64,000 bases of DNA, from the NCBI GenBank assembly GCA_903813345.2, contig CAIIXF020000001.1:18228001-18292000 (forward strand), in the 5' to 3' direction. Every line of letters starts with the position of its first letter. The first letter of the stretch is position 1. Positions 15,270 through 27,586 of the stretch are shown here, piece by piece. Source of the DNA: Owenia fusiformis (lineage: Eukaryota). The notes beneath the pieces are model-generated. The model was not told the DNA's origin, did no database searches, and saw nothing but the letters and a program-made list of their open reading frames with translations. A program made the position numbers and the translations under genes.

Positions 15270-16207
15270 ATTAACGGGATATGATTTGATATACTACTAT
15301 GTATAACATTGTAATGATGCATTCTGGTTGACAAGATATGTTTTGATGCACTATGGTATAGTATTTGCTATAATGGTCTAGTGTGATAAATAGGATATGA
15401 TTTGATATACTATGGTATAACATTGCAATGATGCATTCTGGTTGACAAGCTATGTTTTGATGCACTATGGTATAGTATTTGCTATAATGGTCTAGTGTGA
15501 TAAAAAGGATATGATTTGATATACTACTATGTATAACATTGTAATGGTGCATTCTGGTTGACAAGATATGTTTTGATGCACTATGGTATAGCATTTGTTA
15601 TATTGGTCTAGTGTGATAAATAGGATATGATTTGATATACAATGGTATAACATTGTAATGATGCATTCTGGTTGACAAGATATGTTTTGATGCACTATGG
15701 TATAGCATTTGTTATATTGGTCTAGTGTGATAAATAGGATATGATTTGATATACAATGGTATAACATTGTAATGATGCATTCTGGTTGACAAGATATGTT
15801 TTGATGCACTATGGTATAGCATTTGTTATATTGGTCTAGTGTGATAAATAGGATATGATTTGATATACAATGGTATAACATTGTAATGGTGCATTCTGGT
15901 TGACAAGATATGTTTTGATGCACTATGGTATAGCATTTGTTATATTGGTCTAGTGTGATAAATAGGATATGATTTGATATACTATGGTTTAACATTGTTA
16001 TGGTGCATTCTGGTTGACAAGATATGTTTTGATGCACTATGGTATAGCATTTGTTATATTGGTCTAGTGTGATAAATAGGATATGATTTGATATACTATG
16101 GTTTAACATTGTAATGGTGCATTCTGGTTGACAAGATATGTTTTGATGCACTATGGTACAGCATTTGTTATATTGGTCTAGTGTGATAAATAGGATGTGA
16201 TTTGATT
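15270..16207. repeat. Satellite block A: ~8 copies of a 114 bp unit (dimer of two diverged ~57 bp monomers)
   Basis: The repeat is directly visible, and the minus-strand ORF repeats with a 38-aa (114 nt) period. Both halves share the TATGGTATARCA...GTTGACAAGATATG / GTGATAAATAGGATATG backbone. Degenerate copies extend upstream to ~14900. Confidence 0.95.
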
Positions 16208-16956
16208 TTAATGTCACCCCAAAAAGTGGTGACATATTGTTATGGTCTCCAGTTTTGTTGGCGATCGTCAATCGGTTGGCGTCTGTAACAAATTCTTACA
16301 ACTTCCAATAACTTAACAAATACTGTTTAGTCTGATATCATTTTTTCAAAATCATCTATAAGTTGTCAGAAGATTAAATCTGACAAGATTTAAGATTTGA
16401 CCTTCTCAAGGTCAAAAAAAGATTAAAAAGGTCAAAAAGGTATATTTCAACTTGTTTCAAATTGACCGATTTTTTCAAAATCATCTACAAGATCTTAGAA
16501 GTTTGAATCTGACTTTAGATTTCACCTTCTATGACCTTCTCAATGTCAAAAGGGGTCAAAGGGTCTTTTTCACCTTGCTTCAAAATCATCTACAAGTTCT
16601 CAGAAGTTCAAATCTGACTATAGATTTGAGATTTGACCTCCAATGACCTGCTCAGGATCAAAAGGATTTGACCTTCAATGCCCTTCTCAAGGTCAAAAGG
16701 GTCTTTTTCAGCATTTTAAAAAAACATTTTCATGATCTGACATTAAATTTGAGATTTCACATTCAATGACCTTCTCAAGGTCAAAAAAGATTAAAAATGT
16801 CAAAAAGGTATATTTCAACTTGCTTCAAATTGACCATTTTTCCAAAATCATCTATCAAGTACAAGTACAAGTTCTCAGAAATTCAAATCTGACTTAACTT
16901 GAATTCATAATATTGCGAGCAACTAGGTGGTGACATTTTGTCTTGTCAATGTCTTG
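16208..16956 (+). mobile_element. Helentron-associated non-autonomous element (HINE/DINE-1-like) inserted in the satellite
   Basis: The 5' end has T-run + ATGTCACC (16211-16218) with a nearby inverted copy GGTGACAT (16228-16235). Internal tandem subrepeats are rich in TGACCTTCTCAAGGTCAAAA and AAAATCATCTACAAG. A 3' GGTGACAT (16929-16936) overlaps a short GACATT...AATGTC stem-loop. This matches the subTIR/IR/central-repeat/3'-hairpin layout of HINEs. Confidence 0.65.
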
Positions 16957-16959
16957 TAT

Positions 16960-17400
16960 AATAGTGTACTATTGTATAGCATTGTTTTATATTGCAGTGT
17001 GGTTGACAAGATATGTTTTGGTGTACTATATGGTATAGCATTGTTTTGTGTTGCAGTGTGGCTGACAAGATATGTTTTTGTGTACTATGGTATAGCATTG
17101 TTTTGTATTGCAGTGTGGCTGACAAGATATGTTTTTGTGTACTATGGTATAGCATTGTTTTGTATTGCAGTGTGGCTGACAAGATATGTTTTTGTGTACT
17201 ATGGTATAGCATTGTTTTATATTGCAGTGTGGTTGACAAGATATGTTTTGGTGTACTATGGTATAGCATTGTTTTATATTGCAGTGTGGTTGACAAGGTA
17301 TGTTTTGGTGTACTATATGGTATAGCATTGTTTTATATTGCAGTGTGGTTGAAAAGATGTGTAATGATGCACTATGGTATATGTATATATAGCATTGTTT
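16960..17400. repeat. Satellite block B: ~7 copies of a 57 bp unit
   Basis: Unit GTACTATGGTATAGCATTGTTTTRTATTGCAGTGTGGYTGACAAGATATGTTTTKGT. Overlapping ORFs show a 19-aa periodicity. Confidence 0.95.
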
Positions 17401-17599
17401 ATAATGGCGCAATGTGATTAACAAGATTTCTACTTGTACACGTATAATCAATTGTTTGTAATTTGACATTGCATAGTTAATGCACTATAATATGGCACAG
17501 TTTGGTGCAATGTGGTTGACTTAAAATGTCTGATCCTAGATTTGTATTATTGCACCTTACATTAGGTGATGACATGACATTGTTTAAATAGTGCAGATT

Positions 17600-19690
17600 G
17601 ACAAAACACGATTGTACATTACATCACGTGGCATTGTTTTAATTGTGCAATATGATGCAGTGTGATTACCAATATGTGATCTGATGTCATGTAATATGGC
17701 ATAGTTTATATTGCTACGGTTTGACTGACAAGATTTTACGTACTGTCATATGGTATTGCCTGAAATGGTGCAGTGATTGGCAAGACGTGACTGCGTACTA
17801 TCATATGGCATTGCTTGTAATGGTACCGTGTGATTGACAAGATATGCGTTAATTGCGTTAAACGTGATTGTACATTATATCACATGGCATTGTTTTAATT
17901 GTGCAATATGATGCAGTGTGATTACCAATATGTGATCTGATGTCATGTAATATGGCATTGTTTATATTGCTACGGTTTGACTGACAAGATTTTACGTACT
18001 ATCATATGGTATTGCCTGAAATGGTGCAGTGTGATTGGCAAGACGTGACTGCGTACTATCATATGGCATTGCTTGTAATGGTACCGTGTGATTGACAAGA
18101 TATGCGTTTAGGTACTATCATGTGGCATTGTGTGTAATGGTGCAGTGTGATTGACAAGATATACATTTACGTACTATCATATGGCATTGTGTGTAATGGT
18201 GCAGTGTGATTGACAAGATATGCGTTTAGGTACTATCATGTGGCATTGTGTGTAATGGTGCAGTGTGTTTGACAAGATATGCATTTACGTACTATCATGT
18301 GGCATTGTGTGTAATGGTGCAGCGTGATTGACAAGATATGCGTTTAGGTACTATCATGTGGCATTGTGTGTAATGGTGCAGTGTGTTTGACAAGATATGC
18401 ATTTACGTACTATCATATGGCATTGTGTGTAATGGTGCAGTGTGATTGACAAGATATGCATTTACGTACTATCATGTGGCATTGTGTGTAATGGTGCAGT
18501 GTGATTGACAAGATATACATTTACGTACTATCATATGGCATTGTGTGTAATGGTGCAGTGTGATTGACAAGATATGCGTTTAGGTACTATCATGTGGCAT
18601 TGTGTGTAATAGTGCAGTGCGATTGACAAGATGTGCGTTTACGTACTATCATATGGCATTGTTTGTAATGGTGCATTGTGATTTACAAGAAATGCATTTA
18701 CGTACTATCATGTGGCATTGTTTGTAATGGTCCAGTGTGATTGATAAGACATGACTGCCTAGTATCATATGACATTGTATGTAATGGTGCAGTGTAATTG
18801 ACAAGCTATTAATTCACGTACTATCATATGGCATTGTTTGAAATTGTGACGTGTGATTGACAAGATATGCATTGTTTGTTTGTTTGTTTGTTTGTTTGTT
18901 TGTTTGTTTGTAATGGTGCAGTGTGATTGACAAGATATGCAATTTACGCACTATCATATGGCATTGTTTGTAATGGTACAGTATGATCGGCAAGATATGC
19001 ATTTACGTACATCATATGGCATTGTTTGTAATGGTACAGTATGATCGGCAAGATATGCATTTACGTACATCATATGGCATTGTTTGTAATGGTACAGTAT
19101 GATCGGCAAGATATGTATTTACGTACATCATATGGCATTGTTTGTAATGGTACAGTAAGATCGGCAAGATGTGCATTTACGTACATCATATGGCATTGTT
19201 TGTAATGGTACAGTAAGATCGGTAAGATATGCATTTACGTACATCATATGGCATTGTTTGTAATGGTACAGTATGATCAGCAAGATATGCATTTACGTAC
19301 GTCATATGGCATTGTTTGTAATGGTACAGTATGATCGGCAAGATATGCATTTACGTACATCATATGGCATTGTTTGTAATGGTACAGTAAGATCGGCAAG
19401 ATATGCATTTACGTACATCATATGGCATTGTTTGTAATGGTACAGTATGATCGGCAAGATATGTATTTACGTACATCATATGGCATTTTTTGTAATGGTA
19501 CAGTATGATCGGCAAGATATGCATTTACGTACATCATATGGCATTGTTTGTAATGGTACAGTAAGATCGGCAAGATGTGCATTTACGTACATCATATGGC
19601 ATTGTTTGTAATGGTACAGTATGATCGGCAAGATATGCATTTACGTACATCATATGGCATTGTTTGTATTGGTATCGTGTGATTGACACG
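17600..19690. repeat. Satellite block C: a ~256 bp tandem duplication of degenerate monomers, then 59 bp units, then 58 bp units
   Basis: 17610-17850 is repeated at 17866-18108. The 59 bp unit GGCATTGTGTGTAATGGTGCAGTGTGATTGACAAGATATGCATTTACGTACTATCATRT runs ~18065-18960. The 58 bp unit GGCATTGTTTGTAATGGTACAGTATGATCGGCAAGATATGCATTTACGTACATCATAT runs ~18960-19670. A (TTTG)n expansion sits at ~18872-18910. Confidence 0.95.
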
Positions 19691-19794
19691 ACATGACATC
19701 GCACTGTCATATCATATAATTTTATAGCATTTTGAAAAAGTACTATATTTTCGCCTTTTTGTTCTGATGGGCATGCGTGTGTCATCGACATTCC

Positions 19795-20150
19795 AGGTAC
19801 ATCGCTTACCTGTTCAACTTTTTACAGATGCAAGAGCATATCATTGCTAAAATCTAGTTGGGTTTAGTGTATCTGGGTAAATTACTTGGTTGTCACTTTG
19901 AATTTTTAACTTGCTTCAAATTGACCGATTGTTTGTAATAGGAAAATCATCTAGAAGTTCTCCGGAGGTCTGAAAAGTGACATTTTCGAGGTCGGAGGTC
20001 AAGTTCATCAAACTAGGCCACAAACTAGCTAGGTTTATTTAAGTTCGAGACTGCAAATCAAATATTGTCGTCTAAATTCTAGGGACACCGCTAACTTTTC
20101 AACTTTCTTCAGATGCAAGGGCAGACTAATGCAAAGATCTTATTAGGGTG
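19795..20150. mobile_element. Fragment related to the 16.2-16.9 kb HINE-like element
   Basis: AACTTGCTTCAAATTGACCGATT...AAAATCATCTAGAAGTTCTC (~19907-19962) matches the internal repeats at ~16450 and ~16817. A TTCAACTTT...CAGATGCAAG motif occurs twice (~19813 and ~20098). Confidence 0.5.
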
Positions 20151-20742
20151 TCTGCATGTTTATTATTGTGTGTCTTGTTCGTACTTTCCACATTTTCTAA
20201 AATGTTTACCAAAATTGTTATATACTACTTTTGGTTTAAATGGTGCCTAAGTTAGTTTTCATTAACAGACTGTTAAGTATAAACTCCGAATAATCGGAAA
20301 GTTGAGACAACATGGAACCACATATACCCCATTCCAAGCCTCATTAGTTGATTACATATTTCATTAGTTGATATCGATTTTGATTGTGTGACTGTGTTCT
20401 TACCATGTCGCCACTTACAACTAGCGCCCCACCCCTAACCCAATGTGTGTCAGTTTGTATCGCTTTGTAATATCACATTGAAATGTGAAACTAATGATAA
20501 TGCATATTTTATTGCTAATTTGCCATTTAATGATATATTTCCCAGTAAATACATTGCATTAGAGTCGAATGTCGGATCCAAGCCTGACTAACTATCTCAT
20601 TAAAGGGATAAAGTTAAATACCTTTCTGTGGTCGGTGATGCATCGTTTGGAATAATTCAAAGAAGATATTACATAACCGCGATGGAATACTGTTGTTTTT
20701 AGATCTTTATTTGTTATTCAGTTGTGTACAGTGTAGATAACC

Positions 20743-20940
20743 CAGGTCCGTAGCTAGCTTTTGGCAAGGGGTGCTTCACTTTTTTAAGAATTCCAGGAGG
20801 TCTACATTAGACCATCTTGGCCAAACATCACGTGAAAAGTGATCAGAATGGTGAAAAGCAGCACGATTTTGAAATAATTTAGGATCAGGGGATGGTTCGC
20901 TCGCCCCCCCCCCTCCCCCCTCTCCCGGCTACCTGGCCTG
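20743..20940. mobile_element. Short MITE-like element
   Basis: Imperfect terminal inverted repeats CAGGTCCGTAGC / GCTACCTGGCCTG with a subterminal poly-C tract. It is GC-rich relative to its flanks. No clear target-site duplication. Confidence 0.45.
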
Positions 20941-21023
20941 ACACTCCGTTGGGCTCATCCAGGATTGATATGTTTCTTTTACCATATCAATGTGTATTGG
21001 ATTTGTGAAACGTATGTTTCACT

Positions 21024-21992
21024 TCGGGTGTCTCAAAAAATGCACCCAAAAGTATATCAACAGCACAGATAACTCAATCAATATTTTCAGACATTTTTTG
21101 CATTGTCATGTAGCCAAAACATGAAAATTTTCTCCCAAATACACCATTTTCATTTCAGTCTTGCCTTTTTGATGCTTTAACCCTTTACCTTTTACACCAC
21201 ATAATCAATGTAACCTCATATTTCGATGACAGCCTGTATCCTAACTGCTACATTGTTCATCACATTTGATAATAATTCCGATGGAATGTTTTAAATTTCT
21301 TTTTGGATGTTGCCCTTAAGTTGTTCTTGGTCTTTTTGCTTGGAATAATCATTAAAACACTCCTTCAAATATCCACAGAGAAAGCTGTTTAAGGATGACG
21401 ATGGCAGAACAAACACAGAGAATCAGGTCAATTATCGGCAAATGATTCAGGAGTCACCTTTCAGAGTTACGCAGGCTAGCCTGGAGACCAAATGCTATCC
21501 AAATGAATACAATGGTCTCAAATTGATTGAGCCCCTCTAACCAATGTAGTTTCTGGAAGGTTTGACCTATCTGTATAAGGGGGCTATAAGACATTGTTAG
21601 GGCCTACTATTCACCAGATTTGACGGCCCATACTTTTTTCTATTTGGCTGTTTGAAGGACCATTTTTATGCTAAACCCAAGCTAAGAGACTTAGAACAAC
21701 TTAATACCAGCATCCGAACAAAAGTCAAAACATTCAACCAGAAATATCACATGTGATGAACAATGTAGTGTTGTAAAGATGCAGAATGTCATCGAAACAT
21801 GAGGCTACATTGATTATGTGATGTAAAAGGTAAAGGGTTAAAGTATCAAAAAGGCAAAACTGAATTAAAAACTGTGTATAAGGGAAAAAACGTTCATGTT
21901 TTGACTCCAAGACCATGCAAAAATGTCTGAAAATATTGATTGGTTTGTCTATGCTGTTGATATACTTTTGGGTACATTTTTGAGACACCCTA
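21024..21992 (+). mobile_element. Internally deleted Tc1/mariner-superfamily transposon with ~205 bp TIRs
   Basis: The left TIR (GGGTGTCTCAAAAAATGCACCCAAAAGTATATCAACAGCA..., 21026-21231) is the reverse complement of 21788-21990, which ends TGAGACACCC and is followed by TATA. A frameshifted transposase remnant from 21611 reads SPDLT / FFLFGCLKDHFYAKP..LEQL, matching the SPDL..DFFLWG.LK motif. Confidence 0.88.
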
Positions 21993-24900
21993 TATATCCA
22001 AGCTTATAATTTTTGATTGAAATATGATTCTTTTATTAGTTATCTTACTGGGTAACCGAAAAATTATGCAACCTTGTAGTTTTGGAATAACTAGTACCCA
22101 TAATTTCCCACCTTTTTTCTTTTTAATTTTGATGAAATCTTTATTTTGTGTTCGATGGAGTAAACAATCGTATTAAAGACTGAGTTTTAGAGAAATCAGG
22201 TATGCTTTAGTATTAATTGTCAAAACACTTATTGGATTTATTTCTGGATTGCTTTCATACATATCGATGCTATCCTCCAAATACCTACTTTCTAGGAATG
22301 TATTTGTCAATGGTGGTATAAACACTTGCTTATTTAATAAATACTGACAAACACAGATTTTTTTGAAATCATTATTGTTTTCAGTTTGACTGATTTTCAG
22401 TATTCAGTACCTTATTACGGAAGTTATGTCACGTAAGTGGGCATGGTTTTAGTATTAAAGTACTATGGGTTAAGGGGTTATGTATGTGTTTCTATTTATT
22501 CAGTTGCAGCGTATATCATTTTTTAGATTAATTTGTGTCTTGGGGCATATTTCGTGCTGTACAAATAATCGTAGTATTAGTTGTAAAATAAGTAAAGATT
22601 ATACCTGTAATTATTTAGAAATTTGCAATAATTTGATAATTACGACATATTTATAGAAGGCCATTGTAAGTAACAAGATAGTTTAATGTTTCTATTTTGA
22701 AATGCAACTTACAGGGTGTCCGATGTCAATATTGTCACTTCTATCATTAAAATGCACCTACATTTGCTTAGGTCGCATGAGAACAACATTTTCCTAACAA
22801 TGAATTTATCATTTTCCAGAATATACAAGTATAATCCGATATATATCTTATACAGTTGTACTATTTAAAGTCATACTTTCGCTGTAGTATTTACATGTCT
22901 CAACAAACTCTTAGCTGTTACCAAATATTGTCCAGTCCATCTGTTTTTGACCATTGTGATTGTCGAAAATGAGCCTTTTTATTATCAAGCTTAACAAATT
23001 ATTCTATTCAACGATTTAAATAAATGTTGCCATAGCAACTATATATAGCTATAGATACGAGCTGCAAATCTTTAGGAAAATAAGTAGAAAAAATATGTTT
23101 TGAAATTTATATATGTATGCATTTGTTTAAATATTGTCATCGGTCAACAATATGTCCGCGTGTTTATAAGTTGTCAGGTGTGTTAAAGTTAGTGTTGTCT
23201 GTTTTTATGGTTTGATGGGGTTCTAAAAAGTGCCTTTATCTTCCACCTTACGTTTCTCATCCTGTGTTTCATAAATATTGTGTGATACTATCCTAAGTGA
23301 TGTCACTTCGGTCATTATATTGCTATATATAACATGAAATAATACTTTTTTCTGCCAACGAATGTGTCCAGGTAAGAATTAACTTTGTGTTATTGTGCTA
23401 AGAGAGGTGGCGTCCACATAATGTATTACCATTACATTTAAACATTGGTACTTAATTTACAATAGTTTTATTACTACTGTTTGTTTTAACTCACGATTTT
23501 GTTATACATTTAATATTTCGGACATCTTGACCACAGACACGCCCACAATTTGATATGCTCTGATTCACTATTCATCGGACAATTCAATAAATAGCCTCAA
23601 AGCAAATGCTACCTGAATCATGTGAACTACCTAGACATAAGCAGTGTCATATTTAGGAATCACACTTGACCCTACTTACTTAACCAGTATTCATTTGAGT
23701 GAAAGTACAGATCTTACTTTTCGCATTTGGAAGTTAAACAATAATAGCACAATAATGATTGGTTCATTGCAATTTTTGTTTGTTACCTTGTGTTTGCTTC
23801 CTAGGATTGAACAAAACTACTTTAGAGAAGCAGTCCAAAGAAGAACTGATTTTCGGATGGACTGGGTGTAGTTATCTTTTTGGAAAGAATTCTTTGGGAA
23901 CTGCCAATTTGTTATATCTGTGTCGTTATGTATTGTTATTATAATGCGTTGTCCTTTTAGAAATTTTACTGTAATGTTTGTTATGATTGTTCTGTGGTAT
24001 TTTCTTGTTGTAATAATAGTAATTTGATATTTTTAAATTGTATTCATTGTTTAATCTGTTATATGAAGGTTGTACTCATTCTAGTATTACTTTGTGATGA
24101 ACTTGTATTCTACGATAGGGAAGCGAATTGAGGAACAACAGAGAGGTGAAGTGATTGCATATTGTGGTGTTTTATATTATTCACTTGTGTAACGAATGTC
24201 ATTTTGTGGTCAACTATTGCACTTTGTGAATGTAGTTTATTTTTATGAATTTATGATTCACAGCAGGAACTTTACATGCATGATTCCATGGGTGATATGC
24301 ATGGACCTGTATTGTTTCAGGTTAGCCCTCTTATTCTGTAATATGTATAATTTGGTCGGACATGGTTGGAGATTTTCAAAATGAAATCCAATCATTTTCA
24401 TCACGTTTGAGTAAAAGTTGTACGTTTTTGCGAAATGGTCTTGAAATAGAACCTATGTATTCTGAGGCCACATTAAGGACTACTTCCCTATCTCAAACAA
24501 AAAAGGAACAAATGGACAAATGATAGCATCAAAAAGCCAAACAACTCAGATCCCCAAAAGCACCATAGTATCACTGTCCTATCGTGCAGGGGCTACCAGG
24601 TGTTCACTGTGATGAGATGTTATGTACTGTCAGTCAGTTAGTTTGCGTGTTTTATAGTTTTATCTGACCATTGATCGAACATGTCGACAACCGTTGAGAT
24701 TAGATTTAGATTTGCCTTCTTTGCTGTTTGGTCGGTTTCTTTATAAAACAGTTTGTCACACGTCACAAGGTTGTTTCTCATTTGTTCTTTGTCACATTAA
24801 TTCGCTTGACCAGTTGTTCAATTACATTTCATGGAGCAAAAACATTTTTAATTAGATAATTTGATTAATAATTTAAAATGGACCCATGTCACATTTGAAA

Positions 24901-26992
24901 AACAATTGTAATTTTGGTATTGACTTTTCGATTGATTGATGGCGATTTTGATTGATCGAAATTCACTTTCTTAATTTGTTAGATTCCGGTCAATAATAAG
25001 CCCTGGACAGCAGTTGGGAGTCATTAATACAGTTATACTGGCAATTGCATATTAAAGTCTGGGATAACGCATAAGATCTTGGAAGATCTTTACATTGTTT
25101 CCCTTTGTTTAAATCATTACATACCAATCAATATGTATATCATATCCATTGCATATCAACTTTTGACCATGATTTTGAGTTTTGACCAATGATCAAGATA
25201 TATTCATAACGTGATTTCAGCTACTACCTCCAATATCTTAAGATGTATCATGCATTGTGACATCGTAATCATGAAAAAACATAATCAGCTTCTGATCATC
25301 AATCAAGCTCTAATGCGAGCTGAAACATGTGTATTCAATTGATGAGCCCCGGTATTATGTCACCGTGACCCGATCCCTTGTGTCTATATGTTTCGGCGCA
25401 TAATTCGAAAGATGCAAAGGTGGTTGTGGTGTATTCTTTTTGTAAATTAATAGTAACAGACTGATCGATTGAGTCAATGACTTAATTAATGAGTAATATT
25501 ACAGTGTGTTGAACATAAGGGTGAATGAGTAATACTGCAATGAATCCGCAAGAAAATTAGACCTTGAAAATATAATACACACGCATATCACAACGACATT
25601 GGAAAAAATGAAAGCACAAGACCAACATTTGAAAAACAAGCACAACCTCCTTTAAAATATAAACTCGTTTACACAGACCGTTTTAAAATCCTTTCAGTTT
25701 CACATGATTCATATCGTATCTCTTCTTCTGCGCTCACTATCTATTTTCCCGACATGAGTTTATTTATGTTGTTTTCAAGCAGTGGTCAGTCAGTTAATTA
25801 AGCGAAATTATAATTGCCGCAGTTTGTTCTTCCAATGATGTCGATTTTCTATCATTTGGAATGTCAGTAAAATATTACAAATAACATTTTAACCTGGTTA
25901 CATTTGGATTAGTATTTAGTAAAGAACCACGCGAATTGCCCCAAAGCGTATTGAGGTCTTGATAAGTTACCTCTGTCACAATATCGAGAAAAACAACACC
26001 CAATTGACATATATGACTTTTTTGACTTGAAATACTATGGATATTAATTAGTTTGATGCGGGTTACTACATTGTCTTGTATCGCCAGTATGTGGCTTTAG
26101 GGTTTTAAACGGTAAAGTTATGTCGTAAATCTGTCCTTTGTGACTTATGTTCCATCAGTCACGGGAAATATCGCCAAACGATTCGATGTAAGTGAGTTAT
26201 GACCTCAAAGCCTCAGTTTGATCAGATTCTAAACAGAAACTGAACATGGTCTGAACTTATCACACCCCTTGACCACAATATATTGTAGACCATTTGAACT
26301 TTCGGAACTGGTCATAGACGAATAAAATTCAATATTGTGTTTTTAATACAGTGGAGCAGCCAGATGACGACTCAGTTTGATTTATATTTTGTATAATTTT
26401 CATATTAATTGAATTTTCTATTCAGACCAGTGTCTTTGTGGATCAATTAGATGAATACAAATGCTTTCAACCAATGGAAACAACATCTTCCCGTACAGAT
26501 GCAAGATGATATGCTTTCAAGGGTAGCATTTTCTTGATTTAAAATTATGATTTGAAGCTTATGTTGACTTCCTTATTATGCAAATCCCTGTCATTGTAAT
26601 TACTCACCTTCCCAATATCTATTGTTCTCTCCTAACTTTTCTATTCTTTCTAGTACAACAGCATTTTTATACATTTCAATAGAACTAATATCAATTCTTT
26701 TGTCTGATCATGTCAGTCTTTCATCCTTGAACAATGTGATCCAAAGATTTTTAGAAAGCATAAAATAGAAATGTTAATGGGATAATTGTCATTTTATGTA
26801 AGCCTACCATTGGTCAGTCTGAGACAAATGGACAAAAATTATACTTCTGGCACGTCATTAGCCTTTGATACATGTCTGACTTATGCAATACGCATTTATT
26901 ACTGTATATTGACTGGCATTGAGAACAATAGGAAATCTTTCATTCCCCAGTACAAGTCAAATTTACGAGGGCCACCTGATAGCCGCCGTGTG

Positions 26993-27015
26993 ATTGGTCA
27001 GTGAGGTCACGTGGT
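26993..27015 (+). promoter_or_regulatory. Lox5 proximal promoter module: inverted CCAAT box + E-box
   Basis: ATTGG (26993-26997), 10 nt, then CACGTG (27008-27013), ~100 bp upstream of the ATG. The same arrangement occurs before Scr. Confidence 0.6.
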
Positions 27016-27111
27016 AATTGGTTTGGTGAATAATACAAGTTGTTGGCAAAGATTCCATGGCAGAGATCAAGAGTGGAGACAACTAATCATTTGGCATAAA
27101 ACTTTTACAGA

Positions 27112-27586
27112 ATGAATTCATATTTTGGAAATATACTTTCCAGCAACTTACCAGGAAATGGCTTACAGGAAAGTTTATACAACTATGATGGTAAATATGA
27201 CAATGCAAGTAACTTTTACGCTGGTATGACAGGGTATCCGGGTTACGATGACCCTAGCACAAGTGGAGGGTATCCACGGATACACAGCTATGAACCACTG
27301 GCAGGAACCGCCAAATCGCCATCATTCTCTACATATACTCCGACCACATATCCAAACTCAGGAATGCCGAACTATTACAGTGGACAAACTGCAGGGTATA
27401 TGAGCGATTCCGGAGGGAGCGGAGTGAGCCCTAAATTAGTTAACACACCTGTGGTCAGTTCCAACCAGCCAGCCCAAGCCGAGTCATCGCCGCTCCCCAG
27501 CGCCGGCTACGGTAGTGCCTCTCCGGGTCTTGCAGTCTCGCCAACCACTAGTCAGTATTCCACATGGGTGCGTCAAGTTAACGGAG
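27112..27586 (+). CDS. Lox5: Lox5 homeobox gene, coding exon 1
   Basis: The ORF starts MNSYF (Hox N-terminal SSYF-like motif) and is S/P/Y/G-rich. A hexapeptide-position motif YSTWVR is followed by a phase-1 donor GAG|GTAGGT at 27586/27587. This splices in frame to the homeobox exon across a 1533 bp intron, giving a predicted 257 aa protein. Confidence 0.9.

Noticed and set aside
15271-17469. Long periodic ORFs (259, 147, 134, 132, 116 and 107 aa) on both strands
   Set aside because: They are translations of the 114 bp and 57 bp satellites. Unit lengths divisible by 3 keep several frames open, and there is no domain or splice support.
15270-19690. CRISPR-like regular repeats
   Set aside because: Units are head-to-tail with no unique spacers, there are no cas genes, and the context is eukaryotic.
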